From Chiloscyllium plagiosum (Eukaryota), in contig NC_057750.1 of NCBI RefSeq assembly GCF_004010195.1, positions 17,234,341-17,298,340 of the forward strand: DNA of 64,000 nucleotides, read 5' to 3'. The notes under the pieces were generated by a model, which was not told where the DNA came from, ran no database searches, and saw only the letters and a list, made by a program, of their open reading frames with translations. Made by a program: the position numbers and the translations under genes. The first letter of the stretch is position 1; each line of letters begins with the position of its first letter. Positions 62,790-64,000 of the stretch are shown in pieces.

Positions 62790-63205
62790 AGAACAAATGA
62801 GAACAGACAAAGCAGATGTGATGCCAAAGTTCAAAGGAAAAATATAGTCAGAAGTCACTTTGCGAAGGTGTTAACAGGAAAAATTCAAGCTCATAACAAA
62901 GAAAAACTACTCCCAGGATGCTCCACTCTATTCACTTGCCAGTCAGCCCCAGAAACCTGAAATGCAAGTCCCAATCAATAGAAGAAAATTAAGGTCTTTA
63001 AAATGTGGATGCCAAGGCACATTGCTAAAATCTCCAATAATGCACCATGTGACAAATGAAGAGGTACTTCAAATTGCAAACACCAAAAGAACTCTAAAGT
63101 GGCATCTGGACAATAAATATCAGTATTCCAACCGTTTGATCAGAGCTGAGAAGTTACAGAGATCTCTTCCAGAGGGCAAAGTGGAGTGCAACAGAAAGAG
63201 GGATC
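62790..63205 (+). mobile_element. Degenerate RTE-clade LINE C-terminal fragment
   Basis: With frameshifts it reads RRKL..KMWMPR..KIS..HVTNEEVL..EGKVE..R, resembling the RTE motif EMWxxRRMLRISWxxxVTNEEVL. Confidence 0.6.
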
Positions 63206-63334
63206 ATTGTGTTGTGGTCATCCATGTGATCCATCTGAGATGCCTTGGGTACATTCACTGCCCTGAATCCTTTTTATTAGTTTTAGTCTAAGCTACTGAT
63301 ACCATGTGGGGAAGGATGATCATGCAAAATCTTT

Positions 63335-63657
63335 GGCAGAATGGTGCTCAGTGATTAGCACTGCTGCCTTACAGCGCCAGGGGCCCAGGTTCGATTCCAG
63401 CCTCAATCTGTATGGAGTTTGCACACCCTCCCCGTGTTTGCGTGGGTTTCCTCCCACAATCCAAGGATGTGCAAGTTAGGTGAATTGGCCATGCTAAATT
63501 GCCCATAGTGTGCAGGGATTTTGTAGGTTAGGGGCATTACTCAGGGGTAAATGTTGAGTAATGGGGTAGGGGAATAGATCTGGGTGGGTTACTCTTTGGA
63601 GGGTTGATGTGGACTTGTTGGGCCGAAGGGCCTGTTTCCACACTGTAGGGATTCCAT
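63335..63657 (+). mobile_element. HE1-type SINE
   Basis: B box GGTTCGATTCC, GGTGAATTGGCCATGCTAAATTGCCC core and GGGCCTGTTTCCACACTGTAGGGA tail. Confidence 0.88.
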
Positions 63658-64000
63658 GAGGAGAGGCTGAGTCTTGATAAAGAGGAAAAGATTATTATAT
63701 GGTACTTAATAGCTAATTATGCTACATCTGAGGTGCAGGATTATCTTACAAGGAACAGTCAGGCCCAATGTAAGGGTAAGTGCATGTTACTGTGACTGAA
63801 ACGCGCTAGTACACACAACAGACTAAACTGGATACATGTACAGCACTGATGATTGGTCAGTTTCTCCTAAGATCAGTCTTTCATGTCCTCAGGGGCGGAA
63901 ATTATCTTGTGATCTCGGTTAACCCTTTCAGGTCTTAACTGTCTGATATAACAGGACCATCTATAGTTGGATAACAGATGCCATGGAGTGGTACAGAGGA

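Noticed and set aside
52676..64000. SNAP25 exon 4 (SKDAGIRTLVMLDEQG) and later exons
   Set aside because: Not found by eye. They are probably beyond the window; TBLASTN would settle it.

Overview
This is eukaryotic, repeat-rich genomic DNA from a cartilaginous fish, most likely a shark. The inference rests on HE1-type tRNA SINEs, HER1/CR1 LINEs, Deu-domain SINEs and a Torpedo-like SNAP-25 N-terminus. The only host gene I can support is the 5' part of a SNAP-25 gene on the + strand. It has a probable non-coding first exon ending at 27003 (possible alternative ending at 27904), coding exon 2 at 29506-29589 (MENNLENNMEPKSEQDEMQRCADQITDE), a 23-kb intron, and the 42-nt exon 3 at 52634-52675 (SLESTRRMLQLVEE). 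I did not find the later exons, which probably lie beyond the window. The rest is mostly decayed retroelements: CR1/HER1, RTE, several Penelope-like families carrying hammerhead-ribozyme cores (often as fold-back hairpins), SINEs and a solo LTR. There are also several minisatellites, including about 43 copies of a 39-bp unit that creates the long spurious ORFs, and some repeat-free intronic blocks that may be regulatory. I found no convincing novel protein-coding system. The most interesting items are the divergent SNAP-25 identity, the ribozyme/hairpin elements inside its pre-mRNA, and several unusual duplication and insertion structures. Repeat boundaries were read by eye and are approximate unless a TSD is given.
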